Origin: Sulfurimonadaceae bacterium
Lineage (GTDB): Bacteria; Campylobacterota; Campylobacteria; Campylobacterales; Sulfurimonadaceae
Length of the DNA: 35,826 bases
Assembly: GCA_041562555.1 (NCBI GenBank)
Contig: JBFEXS010000009.1
Coordinates: forward strand, 1-35,826
Direction: 5' to 3'
The position numbers and the translations under genes were made by a program. Position 1 is the first letter of the stretch. Each line of letters opens with the position of its first letter. Positions 9,397-18,978 of the stretch are shown piece after piece. The notes below the pieces were generated by a model, which worked only from the letters and a program-made list of their open reading frames with translations, was not told where the DNA came from and searched no databases.

Positions 9397-10113
9397 TTAA
9401 AACGGCCAAATTGCCTGTATCATCTTACTACCCCAACCCTGTTCTGTAGAACGTTTGATATCACCTTCTGTCTTATACATGATCTTCGCATCTGCCATCT
9501 GAGCAGAATTGATCTGATTGTTTTGATCAATATCAAATGGTCGTATGACCCCTGACAATTGAATAATCTGTTTTTGCCCATCTACCAGGATCTCACGACG
9601 TCCTGAGATAAAATAATTTCCATTGGAGAGTATCTTGATCACACGTGCAGACACTGTTGTCGCAAAAGTGTTATTTTGTGCGGCATTACCGGACCCTTGA
9701 AAACTTGAGGTACTGTTGGTATTGAATCCGATTGCCGTTGCACGGTTAAGCTCATTGGCGATGCTGTTAAGTTGTCCCCCCGCTTCAGGTGCCGCACCGA
9801 AGACACCGCCACCGAGTGCCGATGTATCCGTCTCCGCCAATTGCTTCGTATTGGATGTCGATGAAGTCGCTGTCTCTGAGATCACGACAGTCACAATATC
9901 ATGTACATGCATCGCCTTATGATCAGAGAAAAGCGGATTATCCCCCTGCCCAAACAAGCTGCCTTGTGATGCCATATTCTCATGGGTCTCTTTCGCAGGA
10001 AGCTGTTCTACATACTCTGGCGGTTGGAACTCTATTTCAGGGTCCATCAGATGTTGTGAACAGGCAGAAAAACTTAATGACAGTAATACTATTGTGAGAT
10101 ATGTTTTATTCAT
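9397..10113 (-). CDS. flgH: Flagellar L-ring protein FlgH
   Basis: Lipobox FSAC; LFSDHKA...DIVTVVISE, ARVIKILSNGN, SGVIRPFDI, ending IWPF. Confidence 0.96.
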   Translation of the reverse strand: MNKTYLTIVLLSLSFSACSQHLMDPEIEFQPPEYVEQLPAKETHENMASQGSLFGQGDNPLFSDHKAMHVHDIVTVVISETATSSTSNTKQLAETDTSALGGGVFGAAPEAGGQLNSIANELNRATAIGFNTNSTSSFQGSGNAAQNNTFATTVSARVIKILSNGNYFISGRREILVDGQKQIIQLSGVIRPFDIDQNNQINSAQMADAKIMYKTEGDIKRSTEQGWGSKMIQAIWPF

Positions 10114-10124
10114 GTATAATTCTA

Positions 10125-10140
10125 AGCAAATTAAGTACCA
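10125..10140 (-). promoter_or_regulatory. sigma54 (-24/-12) promoter for flgH
   Basis: Minus strand TGGTACTTAATTTGCT: GG-N10-GC; basal-body and ring genes are sigma54-dependent in Campylobacterota. Confidence 0.72.
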
Positions 10141-10156
10141 TATTTAAAGGAAACAG

Positions 10157-10603
10157 ATGTCAGCACTACGTGAACAGATCAACAATGATATGAAAGCAGC
10201 GATGAAAGCCAAAGAAACAGCAAAAAGAGATGCTCTGCGTCTGCTACTTTCTGCCTTTAAACAAGTAGAAGTTGACGAGCGTAAAGAACTGACGGATGAG
10301 GATGTCGCAAAGATTATCCAAAAACAGGTTAAACAGCGCCAAGACTCTGCAGCTCAATACAAAGATGCAGGACGTGATGACCTGCTTGAGAAAGAAGAGC
10401 TGGAAATAGCGACCTTTATGGTCTATATGCCAAAACAACTGGATGATGCGGAGCTTGAAACAGCCATTAAAGGGATTATTGAGCAAGTAGGCGCCGAATC
10501 GATGAAAGACATAGGCAAGGTAATGGGAGCAGCTTCAAAACAGCTTTCGGGCAAAGCCGATGGCAAGCGCATTAATGAATGCGCAAAAGGTTTACTAGCC
10601 TAA
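10157..10603 (+). CDS. GatB/YqeY domain protein
   Basis: DMKAAMKAKE, KQRQDSAAQY, YMPKQL, KDIGKVMG, GKADGK. Confidence 0.93.
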   Translation: MSALREQINNDMKAAMKAKETAKRDALRLLLSAFKQVEVDERKELTDEDVAKIIQKQVKQRQDSAAQYKDAGRDDLLEKEELEIATFMVYMPKQLDDAELETAIKGIIEQVGAESMKDIGKVMGAASKQLSGKADGKRINECAKGLLA

Positions 10604-10648
10604 TAATCTCATTTATTTAACTAGAGACACTCTCTTTTGGCACAAAGG

Positions 10649-10673
10649 ATAAGAGCAATCTCACTGCTCTTAT
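10649..10673. terminator. Stem-loop between convergent yqeY and trpC
   Basis: ATAAGAGCA-N7-TGCTCTTAT perfect 9-bp inverted repeat followed by T residues; overlaps the trpC stop codon. Confidence 0.6.
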
Positions 10674-11458
10674 TTTCCAGTCTTTAACTTACGAATCGCA
10701 CCCTCTACATCATCCTGACGCATAAATGATTCACCCACCAAGAAAGCATCGACACCGACTTTGTTCAATTCTTCAAGCTGTCCATGTTCATAGATACCTG
10801 ACTCAGCGACAATAATCTTTCCATTTGGGATCAATGGAATAAGTTTGTGACACAGTTCCATGTCCATTTCAAAGGTCTCAAGATTACGATGGTTGATGCC
10901 GATGATATCTGCACCGGCGAAGATCGCCTTAGTCAAGTCTGACTTATCATGAATCTCGACGAGTGGTTCCATCCCCAAGTGACGGGAGTAGTTCAACAGT
11001 TCTTTAAGTTCTGTACGAGATAAGGCCTTGGCAATAAGCAGGATAAAATCTGCTCCGTAAACCAGTGCTTCCAAAATCTGATATTTCGAGACAATGAAGT
11101 CCTTGCGTAAAAGCGGTGTGCCTACATAACGACGAATGCCTGCAAGATACTCCAGGTCTCCTTGAAAAAAATGCGGTTCGGTCAATACTGAAATAGCATT
11201 AGCCCCGCCTCTTTCATATGCCTGAGCGATGGCTAAAGGATCAAAGTCTTCTCGAATGACTCCTTTTGAAGGACTTGCTTTTTTCACCTCAGCGATGATT
11301 CTATAAGGTTCATCTTCTGTTGAACGCAAATGTTCATGTACCGGTCTTGGCTGTCGTGCATTAAATGCAAGAGAACGGCCTAACCAATCCAATGTAAACT
11401 CTTTTTCTCGGATTTCCAAATCTTCTTTTGTCTTTTTTATGATGTCATCTAAAATCAT
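10670..11458 (-). CDS. trpC: Indole-3-glycerol phosphate synthase
   Basis: [44 protein letters not shown]. Confidence 0.98.
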   Translation of the reverse strand: MILDDIIKKTKEDLEIREKEFTLDWLGRSLAFNARQPRPVHEHLRSTEDEPYRIIAEVKKASPSKGVIREDFDPLAIAQAYERGGANAISVLTEPHFFQGDLEYLAGIRRYVGTPLLRKDFIVSKYQILEALVYGADFILLIAKALSRTELKELLNYSRHLGMEPLVEIHDKSDLTKAIFAGADIIGINHRNLETFEMDMELCHKLIPLIPNGKIIVAESGIYEHGQLEELNKVGVDAFLVGESFMRQDDVEGAIRKLKTGK

Positions 11459-11466
11459 TATTACGT

Positions 11467-12753
11467 CTATTTTCCTTTTTTCTTAATACATTTTTGAATT
11501 GCTTGAACATGTGAGGTCACTTCAGGGTCCTCTCTATCCATACCCTTTTGCACCCTACGTATGATCTTCAATGCCTGATTACATTTACCTTGCTTATAAT
11601 ACCCCCATGCCAGAGAATCAAGATAATATACGGAATCTTCCTCAGCCTCCAAGGCCTTTTGTACGTACTCCATACCCTCTTTGACATTGATCTCATGGTC
11701 AATAAGAAGGTATCCGAGATAATTCAGATACAGCGCATCATCTGAGCGGGACACCACATCTTCCAGTTTTGTCATAACCGACTCTACTACCTGCGGGTCC
11801 CGCTTGTCCTTAGCACCCTCATATTCGAATATTGCACTCTGCCCCAAATAATATGGATCACCATCCTGCGCATACAGACTATCACCTAAACTTACTACCT
11901 TCGCATAATTACGGGTATTGATATACATCTGTAGCAAGAGAGCATCATCACTGCCACTTTTTTCAAGGAACTGTATCAATGAGATCGTATCTTTTTTATA
12001 ATTATAAAGCTTTATCACTGTTTGCGCATATTTTTCATCTTTCGTGTTCTCATACATCTTTGTATAAATACGCAACATCCCATCTATATTGTTCTCTTCA
12101 CTGTAAAAACTTCCCAAGCGAAGACATATCGTTTCGGAACATCCATGCAGACGCATGTGCGTCTCAAGATAGGAAAGTGCTTCAGACTTTCGGTCAAGAT
12201 TGACATATAAGATGATTGCCATCTTGTCCAGGATACTCTCATTATAATTGATTGCATAGGCACTTTGCAGATAACGCAAGGCGAACTCGTAACGACCCTC
12301 TATCATATAGATAGCTGCGACTTGCTGATACTCCTGCTCTGTTTTGGACTCTTCCACCAGATCCAAAGCAACCTCTTTTGCTTCATCATAACGTTTTAAT
12401 TCCATCAGTGCGGCGATCGTGTAACGTTCCAGGTCCACATCGAGCACCTCATCATCAAGCTGATCTTTATAAAAGTCAATACGTTCCAACGCACGTTCAT
12501 GCTGCGCAGACTGAAGCATCGTGATTATCTCTTCGTTACGATACTCATTTTTATGTGACTTCTCATACAGCACCTCAAAAAGAGAGATCGTTGAATTAGC
12601 ATCCCCTTTGCTTTTTGCATAAAGCGCAAAGAGAACCAGCTGATCTTCTTCCTCAAAACTTTTGGCATTGGATGCAACCGGCATTTCATGGGAAGAACAT
12701 GCACTGAAAAACAGTATAAAAAGCGTCATGACAAAATATGCTGTTTTAGACAT
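11467..12753 (-). CDS. TPR-repeat lipoprotein
   Basis: Lipobox [14 protein letters not shown] and [16 protein letters not shown] motifs. Confidence 0.85.
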   Translation of the reverse strand: MSKTAYFVMTLFILFFSACSSHEMPVASNAKSFEEEDQLVLFALYAKSKGDANSTISLFEVLYEKSHKNEYRNEEIITMLQSAQHERALERIDFYKDQLDDEVLDVDLERYTIAALMELKRYDEAKEVALDLVEESKTEQEYQQVAAIYMIEGRYEFALRYLQSAYAINYNESILDKMAIILYVNLDRKSEALSYLETHMRLHGCSETICLRLGSFYSEENNIDGMLRIYTKMYENTKDEKYAQTVIKLYNYKKDTISLIQFLEKSGSDDALLLQMYINTRNYAKVVSLGDSLYAQDGDPYYLGQSAIFEYEGAKDKRDPQVVESVMTKLEDVVSRSDDALYLNYLGYLLIDHEINVKEGMEYVQKALEAEEDSVYYLDSLAWGYYKQGKCNQALKIIRRVQKGMDREDPEVTSHVQAIQKCIKKKGK

Positions 12754-13144
12754 TTTCTTCCTTTATATCATCTGTCAAATTAAAGACAATTCCCGGACAC
12801 TCTTCTTTGAGTTCTTCCTCATGGTCTCTAAAATAAGGCCAAAAAGGGAAAGTCCTGCACTGCTTTGGTCGTACCGGATAGATTGAACACCCTTTGATCT
12901 CTCTGTCAAAAAAGACACAGTCATGGGATTCATCCACTACGCGTTCTTTGATTGAGAACTTATACCCGTTCTTATACAGATACTCTTCTTTGAACACAGC
13001 CATCGGAAGTTCCAAATGTGTAGCAATGGCTTCCATCTCTTGCTGATTCAGATAGATATAGCCGCTTTCTCCCGTACAGCAATTGCCGCCACAACTTTCA
13101 CAGGCATTGGGATCAAAGCTATAATTATAACCTGCTTGATGCAT
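12746..13144 (-). CDS. YkgJ-family (CxxCxxCC-like) cysteine-cluster protein
   Basis: CESCGGNCC...CVFF...CSIYPVRPKQCRTFPFW...CPG. Start placed at 13144 because of TAATG coupling to the upstream gene; 13156 is the alternative. Confidence 0.88.
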   Translation of the reverse strand: MHQAGYNYSFDPNACESCGGNCCTGESGYIYLNQQEMEAIATHLELPMAVFKEEYLYKNGYKFSIKERVVDESHDCVFFDREIKGCSIYPVRPKQCRTFPFWPYFRDHEEELKEECPGIVFNLTDDIKEENV

Positions 13145-13842
13145 TAAAGAGTACATTTTATACTATGTGTCCTTGCTTTTTTATAGATTTCTTGCGTATA
13201 GGATGCGAATTCATCTCCGTCAAAGGTAATAAAAGGCTCCCGTATCTTCATCAGTGACCGCGAACCCTTGCGTGCCTGCACCATAACCAAAGACGCTTTC
13301 CTGTCTACTTTAGGATGAATGAACTGAACCGTCTCTATCGTCAGTTTTGCCGCATGCAGCTCCACGCAGATCTCCTGAAACTGCTGAGGATCATAACAAA
13401 AGATGAAATGCCCCCTCGGACCCAAAAGCTTTGAGACTTTCTTGAAAAACTTGTCCATCGGAAGATGTACATTGTATCTCGCCGTATGACGCATCTCATT
13501 TTCGCTTTTGGATGAGCCCTCATGGTAAAAAGGAGGGTTAGAGATAATAATATCAAACCCCTTCTCATCATGAAACTCAAGAAAATCACTCTGGTGCATG
13601 ACGTAATCGATCCGATTCACCTCAGCATTCTTCTTCGTATACTGACAAAAAGCCCACTGTTTATCCACACCCTCGGCCTGCACTTTGTTATCACGTGCGA
13701 CTAAAAGTCCAAGAACGCCACAGCCGCTTCCCACATCAAGAAGCCTTCCTCTGAGATTAAACGAAGAGATAAAGTCATATAAATATATCGAGTCACTATT
13801 ATAACAGTAGCCCTCTTGTGGCTGATATAGAAGCAGTTTCAC
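13144..13842 (-). CDS. tRNA1(Val) (adenine37-N6)-methyltransferase family (TrmN6/YfiC-like)
   Basis: YQPQEGYCYNSDS, LDVGSGCG (SAM binding), ISNPPFY, ARY; GTG start after AAGG. Confidence 0.88.
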   Translation of the reverse strand: MKLLLYQPQEGYCYNSDSIYLYDFISSFNLRGRLLDVGSGCGVLGLLVARDNKVQAEGVDKQWAFCQYTKKNAEVNRIDYVMHQSDFLEFHDEKGFDIIISNPPFYHEGSSKSENEMRHTARYNVHLPMDKFFKKVSKLLGPRGHFIFCYDPQQFQEICVELHAAKLTIETVQFIHPKVDRKASLVMVQARKGSRSLMKIREPFITFDGDEFASYTQEIYKKARTHSIKCTL

Positions 13843-13850
13843 ACCTTTTT

Positions 13851-13880
13851 TGCTATACTTTCAAAATTAAAAAGATTATA
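13851..13880. promoter_or_regulatory. Overlapping divergent sigma70 -10 boxes (kdsB / methyltransferase operon)
   Basis: Plus-strand TGcTATACT at 13851-13859; minus-strand TATAAT at 13880-13875. Confidence 0.5.
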
Positions 13881-13908
13881 TCCTATTTCTTCCATACAAA
13901 GGTTAAAA

Positions 13909-14631
13909 ATGATTATTATCCCTGCGCGTCTTGCTTCTTCTCGCTTTCCTAAAAAGGTCCTAGCCGATATCGGCGGTCTTCCGATGGTGATCCGAACAGC
14001 TAAACAAGTGGAACACCTGGATGAAGTCGCTATTGCGACGGATTCACAGGAGGTTATCGACCTGTGTGCCGAATACGGCTACAAGGCGATGATGACCTCA
14101 GAGACCCACAAAAGTGGTACTGACCGTATCAATGAAGCAGCACAGATCCTGGGACTCAAGGATGATGACATCATTGTAAATATCCAAGCCGATGAGCCCT
14201 TCATCGAGCCGGAAGTAGTGGATTCTGTCATCAAACGCCTCAAGGAGCTAAAAGCAAATAAGGCTCCTTTTATCATGGCTTCATGCTATAACGCAGTCAA
14301 TAATGAAGCAGCTCAAGACCCGAATCTCGTAAAGGTCATCATGGATGCTGACCATAATGCGATCTACTTCTCACGCAACCCTATTCCTTTTAATCGCAGC
14401 GGTTCGGCGACCTATTTCGGTCATATCGGTATCTATGGATTCACTAAAAAATCATTGCATGATTTCTGTGCTCTTGATGATGCACCGATCGAAGACATTG
14501 AAAAGCTTGAGCAACTCCGAGCCATCTACCACAATAAAAAGATATCAATGGTTAAAGTAGCCAGTACAGGCTTTGGTATTGATACGCAAGAAGACCTTGA
14601 AAGAGCAAAAAAAATATTCTTGGGAGAGTAA
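13909..14631 (+). CDS. kdsB: 3-deoxy-manno-octulosonate cytidylyltransferase
   Basis: IIPARLASSRFPKK, SGTDRI, NIQADEP, YFSR, HIGIYG, EKLEQLRA. Confidence 0.98.
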   Translation: MIIIPARLASSRFPKKVLADIGGLPMVIRTAKQVEHLDEVAIATDSQEVIDLCAEYGYKAMMTSETHKSGTDRINEAAQILGLKDDDIIVNIQADEPFIEPEVVDSVIKRLKELKANKAPFIMASCYNAVNNEAAQDPNLVKVIMDADHNAIYFSRNPIPFNRSGSATYFGHIGIYGFTKKSLHDFCALDDAPIEDIEKLEQLRAIYHNKKISMVKVASTGFGIDTQEDLERAKKIFLGE

Positions 14632-14632
14632 T

Positions 14633-15370
14633 CTAATTTAAGATCTTTCTCTCCAACACATAGAGGTTGTTACTACTATGACAAGCGTTTTTGAAAAGTT
14701 CTTTAAGCTCCCTGTCATAGGTGATGACATAAACATCTGAATCCCTTGGATCTAGGTCTTTGAAGTTTTGTAAAAGCACCCCGTCTGCCACATTTTTTCC
14801 GTGATCACATTTGGTAAAATTGAACGAATTCAATGTTTTCGAAAAATCATAGAGGTCTGCTTCCCATTCTGCTTTAAAGAGATACAGGGAATCGGGATTA
14901 CAGGCAATATAGATATCCTCATCCTCGATCTCAAAAGGCTCTATGATATGAAAAAACATTGGGGAGACATTCGAAAAGTTCTCTATATCCCAAAAGAGGT
15001 ATGCACGTTTAGCCTTGGAAGCTTTTTGCTTATTAAAAAGGGTCAAGCGTTTTGAGATATTAAGATTTACATGGGCGTGATCGTTGACAAACTCAATATG
15101 TTGTTTCAGTTCCAGAGCATCCTGGCTCGGTTTTTTGAAGATGTCACAAAGTTCAATATACATTTCCAACTCTAAAAGTTCGTTTGCCGATCCTCCAGAC
15201 TGATAGGTATCAAAACTTTTTATCTTTTTGGGTGAATAGAGCAGATTCACACTAAAAGGCTCTTTGGCCTTATAGGCACGAATGACACGGACGAATAGAT
15301 TGTAAGCATTTCGCGTCTTGGGCAACTCAATCGAGCCATAATATTTTTTATGGATAATGATCTTTTTCAT
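14633..15370 (-). CDS. Hypothetical protein with C-terminal NYN/PIN-like ribonuclease domain
   Basis: LFWDIENF, GKNVADGVL, VITYDREL resemble the NYN/LabA acidic motifs; start placed at ATG 15370. Confidence 0.68.
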   Translation of the reverse strand: MKKIIIHKKYYGSIELPKTRNAYNLFVRVIRAYKAKEPFSVNLLYSPKKIKSFDTYQSGGSANELLELEMYIELCDIFKKPSQDALELKQHIEFVNDHAHVNLNISKRLTLFNKQKASKAKRAYLFWDIENFSNVSPMFFHIIEPFEIEDEDIYIACNPDSLYLFKAEWEADLYDFSKTLNSFNFTKCDHGKNVADGVLLQNFKDLDPRDSDVYVITYDRELKELFKNACHSSNNLYVLERKILN

Positions 15371-15429
15371 GAAGAGATTATATCCAAGATTTTCATACTC
15401 ACTTGATGAAAAAATGGCTACAATCACAT

Positions 15430-16674
15430 ATGCAAAACAACACTCCCTTACGCCTGGCTATTATCGGTGCCGGTGCATCCGGTCTCATGGCTGCGATTAC
15501 TGCAGCACAATCGGGTGCACATGTTCATCTATATGAGCAAAACAGCAAACCTGCCAAAAAGATCCTAGCTTCAGGTAATGGACGTTGTAATATCTCCAAC
15601 CGTGTCGTTACGGTTTCTGACTACTTTGGAGAAGAACCCGAATTCGCTCAATTCGCACTTTCTGCCTTCACCTTCAAGCATTTACAAAAATTTTGTAAGA
15701 AGATTGGTCTTTTACTCAATGTTTTGGAAGATGGCCGTGCATATCCTCTCTCCAATGAAGCCAAATCTGTTGCCCTTAGTTTTGAGAGCTATGCACAAAG
15801 CTGCGGTGTGGAGATCTTCAATGAACATGCTATCACAAGAATAGAGCAGCAAAAACAGAAATTTTATCTCCATACTGCCCTCAATGTCTCTCAAGCATAC
15901 GAAAAAGTATTAATTTCAACCGGAAGCGAGGCGGCACCGCAACTTGGAGGCACAAATCTCGGATATGAATTGGCAAGTTCCCTAGGTCACTCCATTATTC
16001 CAACCTATCCCTCTTTGGTGCAACTGCATACTAAGCAGACACAAGCCTGTATACAGATGTCCGGTATCAAACTTGATGCCGAAGTAAGGCTCTATATCAA
16101 TGCCCAAAAAGAACAGCAGGTCAAAGGAGATCTTCTTTTTACCAAATACGGAGTATCTGGTTTTGCGATTCTTGATATATCCCAAAAAGCTTCTCAGGCC
16201 CTGCTTCACTACCAAATGGTCGACATCGGTATCGACTTGATCCCATCCTTTGAAAGGCAATCATTAAGTGCACAATTACTGAGTATGTGCCAGGAACTAC
16301 CGAAACATCCCATACAGACCCTTCTCTCTGGACTTCTTCCTCTCAAAGTTGTCAAAGTCCTGCTTGATGAGCTGAATATCTCCCAGGACACACTTGCACA
16401 AGACATACATACCAAACGTGCCAAGCAGATCGTATCCAAGATGAAAGATTGGCGTTTTGAGATTACCGATACCCATGGTTTTAAACACGCTGAAGTGAGT
16501 GGTGGTGGGATAAATACACAAGAGGTCAATCCAAAGACGATGGAATCAAGCAAATGCAGTGGCCTCTATTTTGCAGGTGAAGTGCTGGATATTGTAGGAC
16601 GGCGTGGGGGATTCAACTTTCAGTTTGCCTTTGCGAGTGGCTATCTCGCCGGAAACGAAATGAGTCGGGTCTAA
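15430..16674 (+). CDS. HI0933/YhiN (BaiN-like) flavoprotein oxidoreductase
   Basis: IIGAGASG, KKILASGNGRCNISN, GDLLFTKYGVSG, AEVSGGG, YFAGEVLD...GGFNFQFAFASG; start placed at ATG 15430. Confidence 0.93.
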   Translation: MQNNTPLRLAIIGAGASGLMAAITAAQSGAHVHLYEQNSKPAKKILASGNGRCNISNRVVTVSDYFGEEPEFAQFALSAFTFKHLQKFCKKIGLLLNVLEDGRAYPLSNEAKSVALSFESYAQSCGVEIFNEHAITRIEQQKQKFYLHTALNVSQAYEKVLISTGSEAAPQLGGTNLGYELASSLGHSIIPTYPSLVQLHTKQTQACIQMSGIKLDAEVRLYINAQKEQQVKGDLLFTKYGVSGFAILDISQKASQALLHYQMVDIGIDLIPSFERQSLSAQLLSMCQELPKHPIQTLLSGLLPLKVVKVLLDELNISQDTLAQDIHTKRAKQIVSKMKDWRFEITDTHGFKHAEVSGGGINTQEVNPKTMESSKCSGLYFAGEVLDIVGRRGGFNFQFAFASGYLAGNEMSRV

Positions 16675-16937
16675 CGGATCTCAAACTCGCCGGAAAACTC
16701 TTCATTACTTTGGAACTGTTCAATATTATCTACCCGCGATCCTAATGAGCCTTCCTCCAAAATAGCAATGAACTCAGCAAAGTCATCATCCTCCAAGGCA
16801 GCTCCGGCCTCAACCGTGCCATCAGGAAGATTTTTGACATAACCACTAAAACCTTTCTTATGTGCCTGTTCACAAACACTTTTACGGTACCAGACCCCTT
16901 GAACTTTTCCTGAGATAATAAATAGATAATTTCCCAT
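16671..16937 (-). CDS. acyP: Acylphosphatase
   Basis: GKVQGVWYR, GYVKNLPDGTVE. Confidence 0.93.
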   Translation of the reverse strand: MGNYLFIISGKVQGVWYRKSVCEQAHKKGFSGYVKNLPDGTVEAGAALEDDDFAEFIAILEEGSLGSRVDNIEQFQSNEEFSGEFEIR

Positions 16938-16974
16938 CTTACATTCCTTTTGGTTATGATATCACATAAGGTAA

Positions 16975-17655
16975 ATGATGACAAGTACAACGTTAGGTAT
17001 TGACCTTGGTGGCTGTATGAGCGGAAATTCTGCCTATGCAGTCGTTCAATGGGACAACAGTAAAGCCAAGGTTATCGAACTGATAAAAGAACCAAAGCAC
17101 TCAGACCATATACGCTGTGCCGGTTTTTTAAGATCCATCTTATGCAAATATCCGGTAGATAGCATTGCTGTAGATGCGCCTTTTTCTTTACCGAAAAAAC
17201 TTATCGACCCAAACTTCATTTCAATACCCCGTGAAGCAAAGGGTGAGATTGCCAATCCCTACCTGTACCGCTATACCGACTATTGGCTATATAAGCAGTA
17301 TGGACTTAGAGTCATGCCTCCTGCCGGTGATCGTATAGGGAGGTTGACGGCAAGGATGATAGAGATTCTTGATCATTTTGATTACGATGGGACACACTTG
17401 AATATCAATGAAACAAGGCTCCCTGTCTATGAGGTTTATCCAAAACAGATCGCTTTGGCTTTAGGCTATACGGATTATAAAAAACACTCAATGCAGCTAC
17501 TGCGACAGTTTTCATTGAAAGATATCGGTGATGAACATCTGCTCGATGCTCTTTTATGTTCATATTGTGCCCATGAGATTATTCATGACAACACCATCCC
17601 ACCCCCGATTGAAGCCCAAGGTGAGGGATGGTGCTATCCTCTGGTCTTAAACTAG
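16975..17655 (+). CDS. DUF429-family protein (RNase H-like fold, predicted nuclease)
   Basis: LGIDLGG, IAVDAPFSLP, RYTD, VYEVYPK, HLLDALLC, EGW. Confidence 0.72.
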   Translation: MMTSTTLGIDLGGCMSGNSAYAVVQWDNSKAKVIELIKEPKHSDHIRCAGFLRSILCKYPVDSIAVDAPFSLPKKLIDPNFISIPREAKGEIANPYLYRYTDYWLYKQYGLRVMPPAGDRIGRLTARMIEILDHFDYDGTHLNINETRLPVYEVYPKQIALALGYTDYKKHSMQLLRQFSLKDIGDEHLLDALLCSYCAHEIIHDNTIPPPIEAQGEGWCYPLVLN

Positions 17656-17725
17656 GGCATTAAACTCTCACTAATATTATGCTTGTATAATGACCTTCAT
17701 TATTTGATAGCGTATGGAGCCGATG

Positions 17726-18235
17726 ATGCGATACCTTTTACTTCTATTGACAGCCTTCTCTCTTGGTCTTGCTCTAGAGCTTGGAAAACTTCCCAAACCG
17801 ATCCTTTTAGAGGGAGAGAATGGAGCCATGATCAACGGGGAAGCATTTTCAAGTGATATGCTTAAAAACAAAGTTCATGTACTCTTTTATGTCGACCCTG
17901 ACGAGAAGGAACTGAATGAACACGTCAGTGCTGCCTTGAAAGAACAACAGTTTGACAGAACACACTACGCTTCGGTTGCCGTGATCAACATGGCCGCGAC
18001 CTGGCTGCCAAACTTTGCCATTGCCTCCAAACTCGAAAAGAAACAAAAACAATATCCCGACACCCTATATGTCAAGGACCTCAAGTCTATACTAGTCAAA
18101 GAGTGGGAGCTGCAAGATGACAGCTCCAATGTCCTTCTATTCGACAAATCCGGAAAGCTTCTTTTTCTTAAAAAAGGAAAGCTTACCGATGTAGAAATCA
18201 ACAACCTTATTTCTCTGATAAAGGAACATATCTAA
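17726..18235 (+). CDS. YtfJ-family exported protein (thioredoxin-like fold)
   Basis: Signal peptide; KVHVLFYVDPD, SVAVINMAATW, VKDLKSILVKEW; GGAG SD 6 nt before ATG 17726. Confidence 0.78.
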   Translation: MRYLLLLLTAFSLGLALELGKLPKPILLEGENGAMINGEAFSSDMLKNKVHVLFYVDPDEKELNEHVSAALKEQQFDRTHYASVAVINMAATWLPNFAIASKLEKKQKQYPDTLYVKDLKSILVKEWELQDDSSNVLLFDKSGKLLFLKKGKLTDVEINNLISLIKEHI

Positions 18236-18236
18236 G

Positions 18237-18962
18237 ATGCACTTTCCCTTTAAACACATCTCCCTTACACCGGGAAATTTTTCAGATGCTTTAAAGGGAC
18301 TTCGTATTGCACAGCTTTCAGAACTGCATATCTGCACAAAAACAGACCCCAACTATCTACATCAGCTGATAACAAAGCTCAATGAACAAGAGGTAGATCT
18401 CGTCGTATTCACCGGAGATATCATCAAAAGCTTTGCATCCAAACTACGCACCCAGTTGCATGCCCTTAAAGGACTCGAAGCCCCTGCCTACTATGTCAGC
18501 GGGAATCATGACACCTTTTTCGGACTCGAAATACTAAAGAAAGAGTTAGCTCACTGCCATATTTACTGTATAGACAATAAGTGTGTTCACCTTATCTTCA
18601 ATAATACACCCCTGCAAGTCCTTGGACTGGCCGATCGTTTTTCCATCATCAAAAGTGACAAACGGCCCGTAAAAGATCTGTTCTTGAATCTCGATGAGAA
18701 TATCAGCACTATCTTGTTGGCTCATCAACCAAAGGACGTCGAGCTCATCGGCCAGTACCGCGTTGATGTTCAGCTAAGTTCGCATACGCATAACGCGGAT
18801 GCCTACCCCTTTGATAAAGTCTTAAAAAAATATCAGCCCTACTACAAAGGGCTATACATCAAAGGAAAGACATTGCTTTATGTCACCAGTGGGCTCAGTT
18901 CCTCACTGTTTCAACTCAAACGAAAATCCATTGCAGAGATTCCTATCTTTACTATAGAATAA
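18237..18962 (+). CDS. Calcineurin-like metallophosphoesterase (YkuE/YaeI-like, partly degenerate)
   Basis: QLSELH, FTGDI, SGNHD, LAHQP, SSHTH, YVTSG. Confidence 0.85.
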   Translation: MHFPFKHISLTPGNFSDALKGLRIAQLSELHICTKTDPNYLHQLITKLNEQEVDLVVFTGDIIKSFASKLRTQLHALKGLEAPAYYVSGNHDTFFGLEILKKELAHCHIYCIDNKCVHLIFNNTPLQVLGLADRFSIIKSDKRPVKDLFLNLDENISTILLAHQPKDVELIGQYRVDVQLSSHTHNADAYPFDKVLKKYQPYYKGLYIKGKTLLYVTSGLSSSLFQLKRKSIAEIPIFTIE

Positions 18963-18978
18963 TTTTGGAGAAACCATT

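Noticed and set aside
10637..10655. TTGGCAC as a sigma54 -24 element
   Set aside because: No GC at the -12 position, and it lies between convergent genes.
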